DNA of 64,000 nucleotides, from contig MCFE01000086.1 in the NCBI GenBank assembly GCA_002104905.1, positions 1 through 64,000 of the forward strand, given 5' to 3'. A model generated the notes under the pieces. It searched no databases. It worked only from the letters and a program-made list of their open reading frames with translations, and had not been told where the DNA came from. The stretch is from Basidiobolus meristosporus CBS 931.73 (Eukaryota > Fungi > Basidiobolomycota). Positions within the stretch are counted from its first letter, which is position 1; every line of letters begins with the position of its first letter. A program made the position numbers and the translations under genes. Below are positions 34,252 through 45,661 of the stretch, in pieces.

Positions 34252-35022
34252 ATGTCTTTCAGAAACGTACTTGTTCGCTCTCTACGCCCCGTAGTTTGCT
34301 CGCGTATTGCAGCTACCCGTGTTGCTCCCACTTTGTTGCGTGGCATCTCTCCCGTCGCCACTCGTGGCTTTTCTGTTACCAGCCAACGTTTCGGCAATGG
34401 TGTGGTTGACAAGGACCTTGCCCACTCTCTTCAAACCGAGATCTCCTACGAGGCCGAGAACGAGGAGACCGAGGCCCCTGAATTCTTGAAGGAATTCCAA
34501 GACAAGAACACCTTCCAAATTGAAGAAACCTCCGGACAAGCCGAGGTCACTTTGACCAGAAAATTCGGTAACGAGACCATCCAGGCCGTCTTCTCCATCA
34601 CCGATATCAACAACGCTGAAGAGGACATGATGGACGAGGAAGAGGAAGGCGAGGAGCCCGCCGAGCTTCCTTTCCCTGTTCGCTGCAATATCTCCATCAC
34701 TAAGGGGGATGACAACGGCTGCTTCACCATCGACGCCATCGCTGAAGATGGCGCCTTTGGTATCGAGAGTGTGATCTTCTACAAGGATGCCAAGCTCGCC
34801 AGAGACCGTACCAGTGAGGCTGACTGGAACCGTCGCGGCTACTATGTTGGTCCCAACTTCAACAACCTTGACGAGGGTGTCAAGGAGAACATCCAGAAAT
34901 ACCTTGAGGAGCGCGGCTTCGATGAATACTTGGCCAACTTCATCCCTGACTACATCGAGTATAAGGAACAAAAGGAATACCTTAACTGGTTAAAGGATGT
35001 CAAGACCTTCGTCGAAAAATAA
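34252..35022 (+). CDS. MAM33: Mitochondrial acidic matrix protein (MAM33/p32/C1QBP family), 256 aa
   Basis: Presequence MSFRNVLVRSLRP, highly acidic body, and C-terminal GPNFNNLDEGVKENIQKYLEERGFDEYLANFIPDYIEYKEQKEYLNWL. Strong C-ending codon bias. Confidence 0.93.
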   Translation: MSFRNVLVRSLRPVVCSRIAATRVAPTLLRGISPVATRGFSVTSQRFGNGVVDKDLAHSLQTEISYEAENEETEAPEFLKEFQDKNTFQIEETSGQAEVTLTRKFGNETIQAVFSITDINNAEEDMMDEEEEGEEPAELPFPVRCNISITKGDDNGCFTIDAIAEDGAFGIESVIFYKDAKLARDRTSEADWNRRGYYVGPNFNNLDEGVKENIQKYLEERGFDEYLANFIPDYIEYKEQKEYLNWLKDVKTFVEK

Positions 35023-35400
35023 TCTATTCAACTCGCACATCTTCTGTACCAAGCATTCAACTCAATCAAATAAATCAAAATACCTTTGTTGCATTGTACT
35101 TGGCTTTCTTCATTAGGAATCCTCCTGATGATGACGTAGGTCCACGACCTGATCCGGATCATTTGACTAAGCCACGGGGGAAAATAGCATCGGTTTATTT
35201 TATCAACATGGAGTCTTCATAAAGTGACAGAAATAGCCTAATCAACATAATGGTACAAGTTACAAGCGCAATCATAGGCTCTGCCAATTTCTCCAGGGAA
35301 TGGCAGGCACCATGCCCAGTTGCTGGGGAGACGTCAATGGGCACTTAACTGTGCGTGTTGGGCGTTTTCGAAGGAATGCACTACGCATGGAGAAGTAATC

Positions 35401-36224
35401 TTAATGAAGGCCACACTCCGTCTTGTTGCTTCCTGACCATCTACCGCTTCGTTCGTCAGAAAGATCCGGTGTAGGCTTGGTACTGTGCCAATCACCAATC
35501 GATCTATAGCCTTGATCAAGCAGAGTGTTGTAAGGAACATGGTTGCTTCGGATATACGACCACACTTGATCGAAGCTCCAATTGGCAAGAGGGTTCAGCT
35601 TAAGCAAGCCAGTCCCAGCCTCCATCTCAAGAATAACAATCCTGGAACGCGAGCCACTCTGAGATCGACGTCTGCCGGTGATCACCGCGGTAACATTCAG
35701 CTCATGGTAAGCCCGGCGGGCAGGCTCGATCTTCACCAGGAAATCGTAGCTATCCTCATCGTTCGTCCAGAACCGCTCACCATGGATCTTCTCGAAGGTT
35801 TCCACCAAATCGATTCCATCGGGTCGAAAGGTATGTAGAGGGGCGTTGTAATGGCGTTCGCACGTTTTCGCCAGCTCCAGAGTTTCGTTGAAATGGTAAA
35901 GGGTATCTACAAATATGAGTGGCACTAGGTGGGCCGATTTCTGGGAACCTAAGCTCCACTCTGGATACTTTCGACTAATTTTGGAGATCATGTCCAGTGC
36001 GACCAGACCTAGATGGAGTTCAATGATGGGGTTCAGAATCTGTTGGGAAGTGCAATGGCTCAAGTGTCAGTCATACCGGAAGGGCCGAACGCGGTGGTCT
36101 GGTACAGATTAGGTAGGGTAAGAAGGGCCCATTCCATCATTTACTGTGGTGAGAGTTTGGCCAGCTGATGGTTGATATGCTGAAGATAGTCAGGGGCAAA
36201 GAGAGATTGTATGTAGGAGCTCAT
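35401..36224 (-). CDS. MET16: PAPS reductase; exons 36224-36077 and 36008-35401; in-frame TAA at 36143-36141, so possibly a pseudogene or translated from the ATG at 36140
   Basis: MSSYIQSLFAPDYLQHINHQLAKLSPQ*MMEWALLTLPNLYQTTAFGPSG|LVALDM, FVDTLYHF, KIEPARRAY, TGRRRSQ, GYRSIGD, ERSGRW and KTECGLH*. Intron gtatga...catctag at 36076-36009. Confidence 0.9.
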
Positions 36225-38119
36225 GGTGGTTGTGGGGGATGTTAATGCTAAAGTTCGCTAAATATACCTGAAGGAACACTGGATACTTTGCCCATCTGCA
36301 TGGGCCAATCTTCGTTTTATACGCTCTTTGTGAGAACAACGCTAGGGGGAATGGCGTGTTTGTATCATGAGAGATACGACTAAACATAGAATGCGGAGAA
36401 TGGAGGGTTAGATGAGCAAGTCAATGCAGTCAGAGTTGGTGGATAGTAGGCACTAGGGAGCCAATCTACAGGTTGGGTGCTGCCAGAACCTTCGAGCTCA
36501 CTCAGAATGGATGACCAATAGTGCGTTGGTGAATTTGAGGGAGATATTATGCCAATCATGAGAAGCATTCTAAACTAACTTAATGTCCAGCTAGGAACGT
36601 GGGATGCCAGTTTGACTAGTGAATTCACTTCAACGTAATGTTCCCAGCAAACATCCAATGGGATGGACGGAGCCGGCTTTCACTTCCACTGAATCCGTGA
36701 AATGGTAGATATTCCTATGCCCAGCTGTCATTAGATCTTCTAAATGCTTCTACAAATTACCACTCGCCTGGCTGGGGCCTCTCATCCTCAACGTAGCAAC
36801 CAACAAATGCAATAGCCAAGAATATGCAAAAAACCGCGATATATATGACCCACAGTGACGGAATAATAGACCTCGAATGCCGTATGCTCTCAACCGACAA
36901 TCACTTTCAGCAACTCTCATCTAGTTACAGTTACTCGTACAAGTGCAGATCTCGAACAAATCGGAGACTTGGTGTAGCATTCATAACTGGCAATGCACTA
37001 ATCCCCCAAGATTACTTGGTGCTTAGTGTACACAGGATGAGGACTAAAGTCAGACCTCAGGTGGGCACCTATCAGAAGCTTAGTTGAGCATTTGGTAGTA
37101 GGCCATTGCCGTTTTATCTCCTATCCCTAGCAATTCACCCAATGTGTTGACTATTGGGATATAACTTGGTCCTCGCCATGCCTATGACGTGCCACACATT
37201 TCGCACCTGACATCGGATCTGTTGGTATTTCGCGGGAACGAGTTTAAGTTTCAAAGCAGGGCCATCACATTAGCGGGTGGGTCGTTATGAGTGTAGCAGG
37301 TTGATCGAATTCGTAATCTTCAACGGTGCCTTGCACCTGCAGTGCCAGCCATCCCGTAGTTCTCTTTCAAAGAGGAGTGAGAGATTGGCATTTTTATTGG
37401 TGAGCTTGGGGTGGAATTTACTGGATCATTTGTTCGGAGTAGTGAGTGTGTAAGCCATGTCAGGGCCTTAGATGGCACTAAGTCGCAAGTGAGAAGATGA
37501 GATAAAGGTGGGCCAAAAATCCCGACCTACTCCCGCACTTTGAGTGGTAGAATGAGCAGTGATGTAGTACCAACTATCAGTATTGATTCCTCAGCCTGGT
37601 AGCCATTTTTTTTGTAATAACATAGTGTTTCGGGCCGAATCAATGATTCTGATTGTCGCTTCCTCAACTCTTAGCCACGCCATGGGATTCAATGGAATCC
37701 ATTTTACGTGGTAGGCACCGACACAATGTTGGCGTCTTGGTCATATAACGACAGGTGGAAGGCAATCCACGATTCTAGGTGTTTTTATAAGTATTCTAGT
37801 CTTGATGTGTATGTTAAGGAAATATCAAGCTCAAGAGTCCATCCGTACGTAGTAAATAGAAGGAAAACATATCAGGGTGTTAAAACAAGCGGTGAAAAAA
37901 TGTTCACAAATATATACGTATATATATGTTTCAATATATATAAGGCGGCCAACGGTCGTATGGGGGGAGGGGCACAAAGTGGGTTGCCAGTACCAAGGGC
38001 CATAAACTAATGCTTCAGGGCCTATACCGTAACTACATATAGAAAAAGTAGTGAAAATGGTTGTATGTGGCCCACCAGGGGCATTCTCATTGAAGAGTAG
38101 CCTGGTTTTAACGTGCCCC

Positions 38120-39510
38120 TCAGACGAGGTTCGCCTCATCCGGTACTGACGTATCGACAAGCTGATCTATATTTGTTCTGTAGTGCTCCGCGTCTACGTA
38201 AGCAGGAGGCTCCGCACCAGGTATTGAAGGTGAGGGCTCTGTATGTGCAAGTGGAATATCAATGGATATTTGACTGGAATGTACTGTATGTTCATCATCC
38301 GACTCGTAGGTGATCAATGACAAGAGATCTCTCTGCGAACCCAATGAGCTTCCCTGACCTATGAAAACATCATTCCCAGTATGCCGGTGATATGCTTTGT
38401 GATTTTCAGGGTTTGAAAGAGACATTCGGAAGGAGATAAGTTGCTCCTCGGTGAGGTTACTACCGGATTGCAGCAGCACAGAATCTCGCTCCACTCCATA
38501 TGCAGGCGGTGGCAAGAGATTCCCAATGGTAGGTGCTAATCCCCATTTTTTAACATTCGCCTCGATAAACACGAACCCAAGTTGTCCGAAATTTACTTGC
38601 AAATTGCATGGCCCGTTGGCGGCAACCGTCGGGAAAATGTTGAGGTGAACTCCAGTGACCGCATTGCCTAGTTTCACTCCATTGCGAGTGAAGAATATCG
38701 TACCCGATTGCGTACGGTAGCCGCACCCGATCACATCCCCCTCGTGGAAAGGAATCCCGTACGGTTTGCCTTCCATCGGGTCGTTACAGTATTTGCGTCC
38801 GTTGGAATGGTAGCCGACAGAATGCCTACTACGCCCTAATGCCAATATGTCAGTTAGTGAGGATGTTCTATTGTGCGAATGTCGCCTCTTGCCGTACCTG
38901 GAAAGCGCCAGAATGGATAAGGTTTGGTGGCCACTCCCACACTCACCTGAGTCGTTTCAGGTTTGTCGAACATTTTCACTTCGAAGTAATAAACTGGCTC
39001 GCGGCGAGGGAGAGGAAGGTTCGTCTGGACACAGCATTCCCCTGAATAGAAGGAGATCTCTGTCCTATCCTGTATGATGGCATTGACATTGGATCCCACT
39101 TCAAACTCCCACGCGGCGACTCCTTTTTCGCGTATTAAGGCCCCTTGCTCAGAGGTTAGTTCATAGGATAGGCTGCCTGGTGGATAAGCCTCCTCGAAGG
39201 CACGAGACATCTCAAGAGCCTGCCGCTCCGAGTCAGACCAGAACTCAGTCCGTCTAATTACTGCATCGTAGTCGATGTCCGGAAGGAGTTCCGTGCCGTC
39301 ACTATCTAGTTGGATTGCTCGATAGGCGCTGAGAGTCCATAGTCTCCCGCGACAAGAGATAAGCAGTATCAAGACCACCAAAACCACACCAACCACAGAG
39401 AGCGAAACGGTCCACGCAGTGGCGGGGTCAGCGGCTTGCACCGCGGTTGGCAAGGAAGCCAGGCACGCAACGAATATCCAGCGTAGCCCAGTTTGATCAG
39501 CAGAGTTCAT
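38120..39510 (-). CDS. SSH4: Single-pass membrane SPRY-domain protein (SSH4/EAR1-like); exons 39510-38898 and 38835-38120
   Basis: N-terminal TM segment (VSLSVVGVVLVVLILLI). VQTNLPLP, YYFEVKM, VGVATKPYP, GDVIGCGY, FFTRNG, PTVAANG and VNFGQLGFVFIEANVKKWGLAP. The GT-AG intron at 38897-38836 restores the frame. Confidence 0.85.
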
Positions 39511-42450
39511 TGCAAGACTCTCCTCCGATATATTAAAGAAACTTTGGGAAACGAAAAGCGAAGCTCAATGGTATGTGACGAATAGATCAACGAGTAACTG
39601 TCTAGGAATCGGGTTGGATCCGGCCACAGGGTGAGCTATGTACGAGAAAAACGAATGCCGAATTGCAACCAAGGTTTGGAAAGAGAAGCAGGCGAATGGA
39701 ACGAGGTCGTCCAGAGGTAGTTTTTCTTTGAGCCAAGAAGAGCGGAAGAAGCCAAACTGGCAACCAAAGATTGAGAGTGAAATATGGAACAGAAGCTAAG
39801 GAGAGCAAGTAGGTGGAAGGGGGTAAAAATAAGAATGGTGAGACGATTTTGCCAAATCCAGCCTCTAATCCTACTGCTTGTATAATTTGGGATGTTTGAA
39901 CCGAAATAAGCCATGTTCCTTCAGATCACCCCAATGGGATTTTTTTGGAATGGGAAATTCGCACCGACCGACGGACATCGCAGACAAAGGGATATTAAAA
40001 ATTGACGGCCAATGTGTATGTAGTGTTTTCTACGAAACTGTGTTCTCAACGTTGTCTCCTGACATCTCCCTACATCGCCAAACAAGCATCCCAGTGGAAA
40101 CCAACACTGCCGTGTTTCCACCCACCCATTTCCGATGCAGAGGATGCTTAGGGAAGTTTCCAAGCGGGTGTCTCATTCGCAAACTTCCGCAATGATCTCA
40201 GCACTCGCCAACCCCTTGGTGGGCGATCACGTGCACGAGCTGGATATAGATGGCAGCGTGACCGGTAATTCACCACGATCCTCAATGGATTCCATGGCAT
40301 GGATAAATTGGCGAAGGGGTGAGTTATCAGCCACACACAAGCTGTGCTCGAGATGATGGCAGTCCAGCTGATAATTATAGATTCTCCGCATAAGGCAAAG
40401 ATCGATTCTGCTCACGATATGACTGATCGGGAGGGGTCGCGCTTGGCGGGCCAGGGCGATTGGTACGTCGGGATGATTCGCCAGCTACCACTCCCGTGGG
40501 CCAGTGGACGAAACAAAGACTCAGTCTCTCCTAGCGTTAATTCAGCGGCAGCGTATCATGTCTGGCTGCTCTGCATCGGTGGCGAGTGCCGGTATTGGCT
40601 GATTGGAAGCCAGGCCGTCAGTAAGAATATAACTGCCTCAGCTAGGCCGCTGGCTACATTGGGGTGATTCAACGGGCTCTACTACTCTGTTGGCCCTCCG
40701 CCCTAATCTGGCCAATAATCCAAGCCATCCGGCGAGCCTGCTAAATGGCCGATTCTAATGACAGGTACCCAGGACTGAAATGGAAGTGCATGACAAATTG
40801 ACGCTTCCAAATATGGCAACTACCACCTGGTGTATACCTGACTACCTTATGCCTGTCTCATATATCACGCAGACTGGGACTTGCAGATATATGAGGTTGG
40901 CGACAGAGGTGCTAAATGAATAGGTCTCAGAAATCTGAAGATCCGGAGAGTCTGTTATGGATAAGTGCTTCCTAGAGGCGCCCTACACCTGACCCATCCA
41001 GCGTACTGGCTGCTTGAGTGGAACAGCGCATGCTCAGGCTAGCTGGCTGTTGCTTTCCGCAACAAGGCTGGCCTAGCCAGTAGCGCAGCGTGACAGGCCG
41101 TCCTGCTGGCTTTCCACGCAATCTAGCTAGGTCCATGGGTTCCCAATGCTTAGCTGACATACGATATTCCGTGGGCTGGTTTGCTGGTGCATTGCCAATG
41201 CCTAGACATGCTCCTCCTCAGTCATCTGTTTGATTTGTTCAACATACAATGCCGCTCCGATCCTGATCATGGGATCCGACTGAACGGATATGTTGGTGTG
41301 GCGGGTATGCAACTAGGTTTGATACACAATAATCGAGTTGAAACCGGCCTGCGTTATGCCGCACCGCCCACGGATGAATATTGACCACCACAAGCAGTGG
41401 TTCCCTGAAAGACGGTCGACGATTGTCCCGAGGAGGCGTTAATGATGCCCATGGATGATGGTTAATGGCTGTAGTAGCGACCGACCCAACTAAATAAGGT
41501 GCAGCTATCATGTACATCAAACCCGCCCCTTACTGATTCATTTGTGATACCCTATCTCTCCCTGCATCTTTGGCTGTCAGCAGCTGCTAGAAAATCCTTG
41601 CAGGACGAAAACATGAGAAAGGATGGGTACGGCGGAGCAAATGGAATTGGTTGGGTGCAGTAGTATGATTCGTGAAACGCTCCATCTACCTCCATCACAT
41701 ACCGTGGCCAAGCCCAGGGTGAATTCGAAACCCCGTCGCGAGAAATTCCCGCGGGGCATGCGGCAGAAACCAGACACCCTCCACGGAGGATTCCTTGCAT
41801 CTCTCCTGAGAGCAATCGACAAGTTGTGACGATTCTTCAAACTCATTCGACCTTCACAACACTGTTGGATTCTCCAATACCATCCCATAGGATTCCGGAT
41901 TGGCTTGGTGCAGCGGTTGCGTATTCATCGGCATGTTCCCCTAATATTCCATCATTCCCAACTCCACCCCAGGTTGCTGGTGTTGGGAATGATCAGGGTT
42001 CACCACACGGCCACCGTGTTTCCAAATTCTCGGCCGCATAATCCTGCGTAAGTATCGGGAGTTGCTTTGCTGTGTAACCAGCCTTGATAGATGGCCTCAA
42101 GCCATCTGCGTCACTGGTGCGCTCGTGATATAGAAATCATATATGGTTCAACGCAAATTCATGGGGTTGGTGATTGACCCATGATCTGAGATTCGGAACG
42201 CAATCTGGCCAGTTCAATCATTGCATGGAGTTTATCTGATGATTTGTCATGTACTCGAATACTGGATTTCCTGGTTGGAGTAGGTGGTTGTAAGGTGTTG
42301 TCTAATCCTTTCAACTTGTTAACCATCATCCAAACATTTCCATTCTACAGGCCAGTGCAAATTGACTACTTTGGCAACTCCACGACTTTGCATCCTCCTT
42401 TCCGACTATGGAGATTCCATTCTGGATGAGTCGGTGGCTGATGAATCTTG

Positions 42451-42790
42451 TGCTGCAAGATTTTAGGGAGTACTGGAAGTGACTTGGAGAACTAGAAGAA
42501 TTGCATGATATTTGCTTGTTGTCTTATTGAGCCCAAGTATGTATGCTTTTAGGGAAACTTTGTAAACTAATGATACAAATACCTTATGGAGGATCCCAGG
42601 AAACTGGGTGCAAAGTTTGGGGCTTTTGAACAAGGTTAAAATATTGGTGACTTCCAGGCCTTCACTAGTTTCAGGAAATAGCCAATATCTTACAAAGTAA
42701 ATGTTAAGTAAATAGCTCATAGCTAAGCAACATACTGGATAGAGCTTCAAGGTATATAAGTGGTGTGGGTGTAAACTCAATATTTGCTGT
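42451..42790 (-). mobile_element. Diverged Copia LTR remnant of a related subfamily; right boundary uncertain
   Basis: 'tgctgcaagattttagggagtactggaagtgacttggagaactag' and 'gtgcaaagtttggggct' align to the family LTR. Confidence 0.55.
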
Positions 42791-44545
42791 ACCCCCACTC
42801 AACCATGGTAAAAGTGTAAACTGAAACACTTTATTTACTGATACATGTGTGTGGGTAAATAATCTGTGTACCTTTAAACTAATACTGGAATAATGTGGTA
42901 TCCAGTACAGCTATATGATTATATAGTAATTTTACTACTATTTATATCCCTTGTATACTGGAGATAGTGGCAGAATACAAAGCTGACACATCTGAAACAG
43001 CCTTTGTATCTCAATTCATACTACCCTAGCTTTGAGCCTTTGATCCTTTTTGGAAAGTAGTACATTGTTCTGGCCATATAACAGGGGCATATATAGAACC
43101 CAATAACTTGTTACTTACAGCTGCTACTTATTTGAGGAAATATGTACTATATCTGCTGGACCTCAAGTTATGTATTTATTAGTTGATTTGCATTTTCCTT
43201 GATTCCTCTCCGAATGTTAATTTAGAATACTCTTTCACTTTTTCACAGTCCTTACTAAACTTGTTCCATTGTACTGTGCCAGGGCATGTGGTGCAATCTG
43301 TGGTCCCTAAGAACAACCAGGTGCAATATTATAGCTACTAGTAGGCAGGTTTGCTCTTGGACAATTTGCACTATGTGGGACAATCTTGCATACTATAGCA
43401 CAATCTGACATGGTGAGGTTGGCCCAGATGATCACACTAGCTTGTAATGCTTGTATCACATGTATGATTAGATACCACCATTATGATAGGTAAAATCTGG
43501 TGTTTTGCTATGTTTCTTAAATATAAATGGAAATATATGCAAATCACACTGTGGAGTATACTGATGCATACCATTGAAGTTGTTGCAAAAATTTGTAATT
43601 CCACCTAAATATTCACCTAACTTAGTCACTTAGATCACTACCTTCAAATCCTAGAGAATACTGACCAAATTCCTTGTTGGGATTCACTTGGAATATTTTC
43701 ACCAAGCTACCAGGTACCCAGAACATGAAAATTCTCAAAGTTGTCCAAACAGCCCCAAACTTTGCACACATGTTCTTGAGACCTTCCTTAACCTTTTCTA
43801 CATGTTTGTAATGCCAAGATTATGTAAAAGTATAAACACTACTTTTACAATCAATAAATCATTAAGTGAAAACCACATAATCTACTTGTTCTTCCAATCA
43901 CTTCCAATATCTCCAAGACTCTTACAACAGGCTATGAGCCCCAAGCTGTCCCTCAATGCAATGTCTACTACTGCTATTGCTGGAATTTTTCCCTCTGCTG
44001 AAAAGTTGGATGGATCTAACTACCAAGTGTGGAAGGTGAAGATGAAGATGCTGCTACAAGAAAGAGGCCTTTGGGATATTGTCATAGGAGAGGAATACCC
44101 TCCTAAAAACGGGGGGAGAGGCAGCCTTAAAGTACCAGAAGAAAGAACAAAGTGCCTTCAACTGCACTTGCCTCAATATTAAAGACAAATTGCTAATTCA
44201 ATGCTCAAGAGCAAAAATGGCAAAGAATGCCTGGAAGGCATTAGATGACACCTACCAGTCATGTTCAGCTGCTAAGAAAATGTATCTGAGACAAAAATTC
44301 TTGACTACAAAGATACTGCCAGGAGAAGAAATGAAAAATCTAATTAACAGAAATACCCTGCTGGTGGATGAAATGGAATCTGTGGGTGTACCAACTACTG
44401 ATGAGGATGTAATAATTGCCATCCTGAATAGTCTGACAGACAGGTTTCAGGGCCTTGTATCAGCCCTAGAGTCCAGAACTGAAGATTTGACCTTAAATTA
44501 TGTTTATGGAGGGTTCCTGGATGAAGAATTAAGAAAATCAAGCGC

Positions 44546-45349
44546 TGTGGTAGGGTCAACATACCTCCCACAGACAAGTTTATTCATATAGTCATTATGA
44601 TATACTTATCCATATTTTATCTTATCAGTATTATCCCATTCTTCTTTTGCCCATATTATCAGTATTATCCCCATATGATGTTTACCCTGATTAGTTATTA
44701 TCATTAGTTATCCCAGATGTTATTCAGCTTTGTGATCAGTAGATGTATCTATATAAGGCAAGTACCCGCATCAGTACCTGTGACACATGACCTAGGCCTG
44801 TGTTACCATCCCTACCATTTCAATACCGTATATGGTATTTCTATGTTGCACAGGTTTCAGACTACTGATTCCTGATTGGTTGGATGTGCTGTGCCCTTTA
44901 GAACCTTGCAGGACATTCTTGGCATATTTTTAGCTCATTGTGATGTCATCAAGAATTCCACTGATACCTAGAATCTTCTAGAACCTTGTCATTAGTAATC
45001 ACTTGGCAATCAGGAAAAGTATTTAAGGGAAAGCAATCCCTCATCAATAAATCATCCCTTCTATCAGTAACACTTCTACCTTATTGATTAGCAGTTGATC
45101 ACTGCACCTGCCTTCAACAGTACATCTCAGACCTGCAATCAAGGAGCTTTTCAGGGTAGTACACAAGACACACAGAGACCTTTGGAGACACTTGGAGCAC
45201 CTAGGAAGCTAGAGAAGCAGGAGCTTTTATCATAGTGGCATATTGACAAAGACACCAGCAGTTTAGACACAGAGGCTATTGCACCCATCAGACACCTCAC
45301 ACACCTTGAGTTGTGTAGTTTCTCCCAGGAGTACCTCTATACCACCACA
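44546..45349. mobile_element. 804-bp solo LTR of an unrelated (probably Ty3/Gypsy) family, inserted in element 3 gag
   Basis: TGTGGT...ACCACA termini. 4-bp TSD gcgc/gtgc. gag resumes exactly at aataagaagg. Contains tatataagg and aataaa. Confidence 0.75.
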
Positions 45350-45661
45350 GTGCTAATAAGAAGGAAGAAGAAAATGCTTCAATAAGCAATGATAACCAGC
45401 AAAGGAGGTACCCAAGACCCTACAAAGGCAACTGCAACCTGTTTTGTAATTACTGCAAAAGGAAAGGACACACATCAGACCGGTGCTTCAAAAAGAAAGA
45501 TAGTCAGCAGAAAAAGCCTGAATATGGAAATGCTGCAACAACTGAAGATAGACTATTCATATCTGCACCAAATATGACCACAAGCCAGGATTCTCAGACA
45601 TAGTATATTGACTCTATAGCATCTCAAGACTTTACACACCAAAAAGAACTTTTTACCCAAT

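Noticed and set aside
34282-34971. 229-aa antisense ORF
   Set aside because: Shadow of MAM33, whose strong codon bias removes antisense stops. The same applies to the antisense ORFs over the NRPS, transporter, LRR and aquaporin genes.
37130-37230. CEMCGTS*AWRGP, resembling a GATA zinc finger on the minus strand
   Set aside because: Interrupted by stops and lacking the second CNAC pair.
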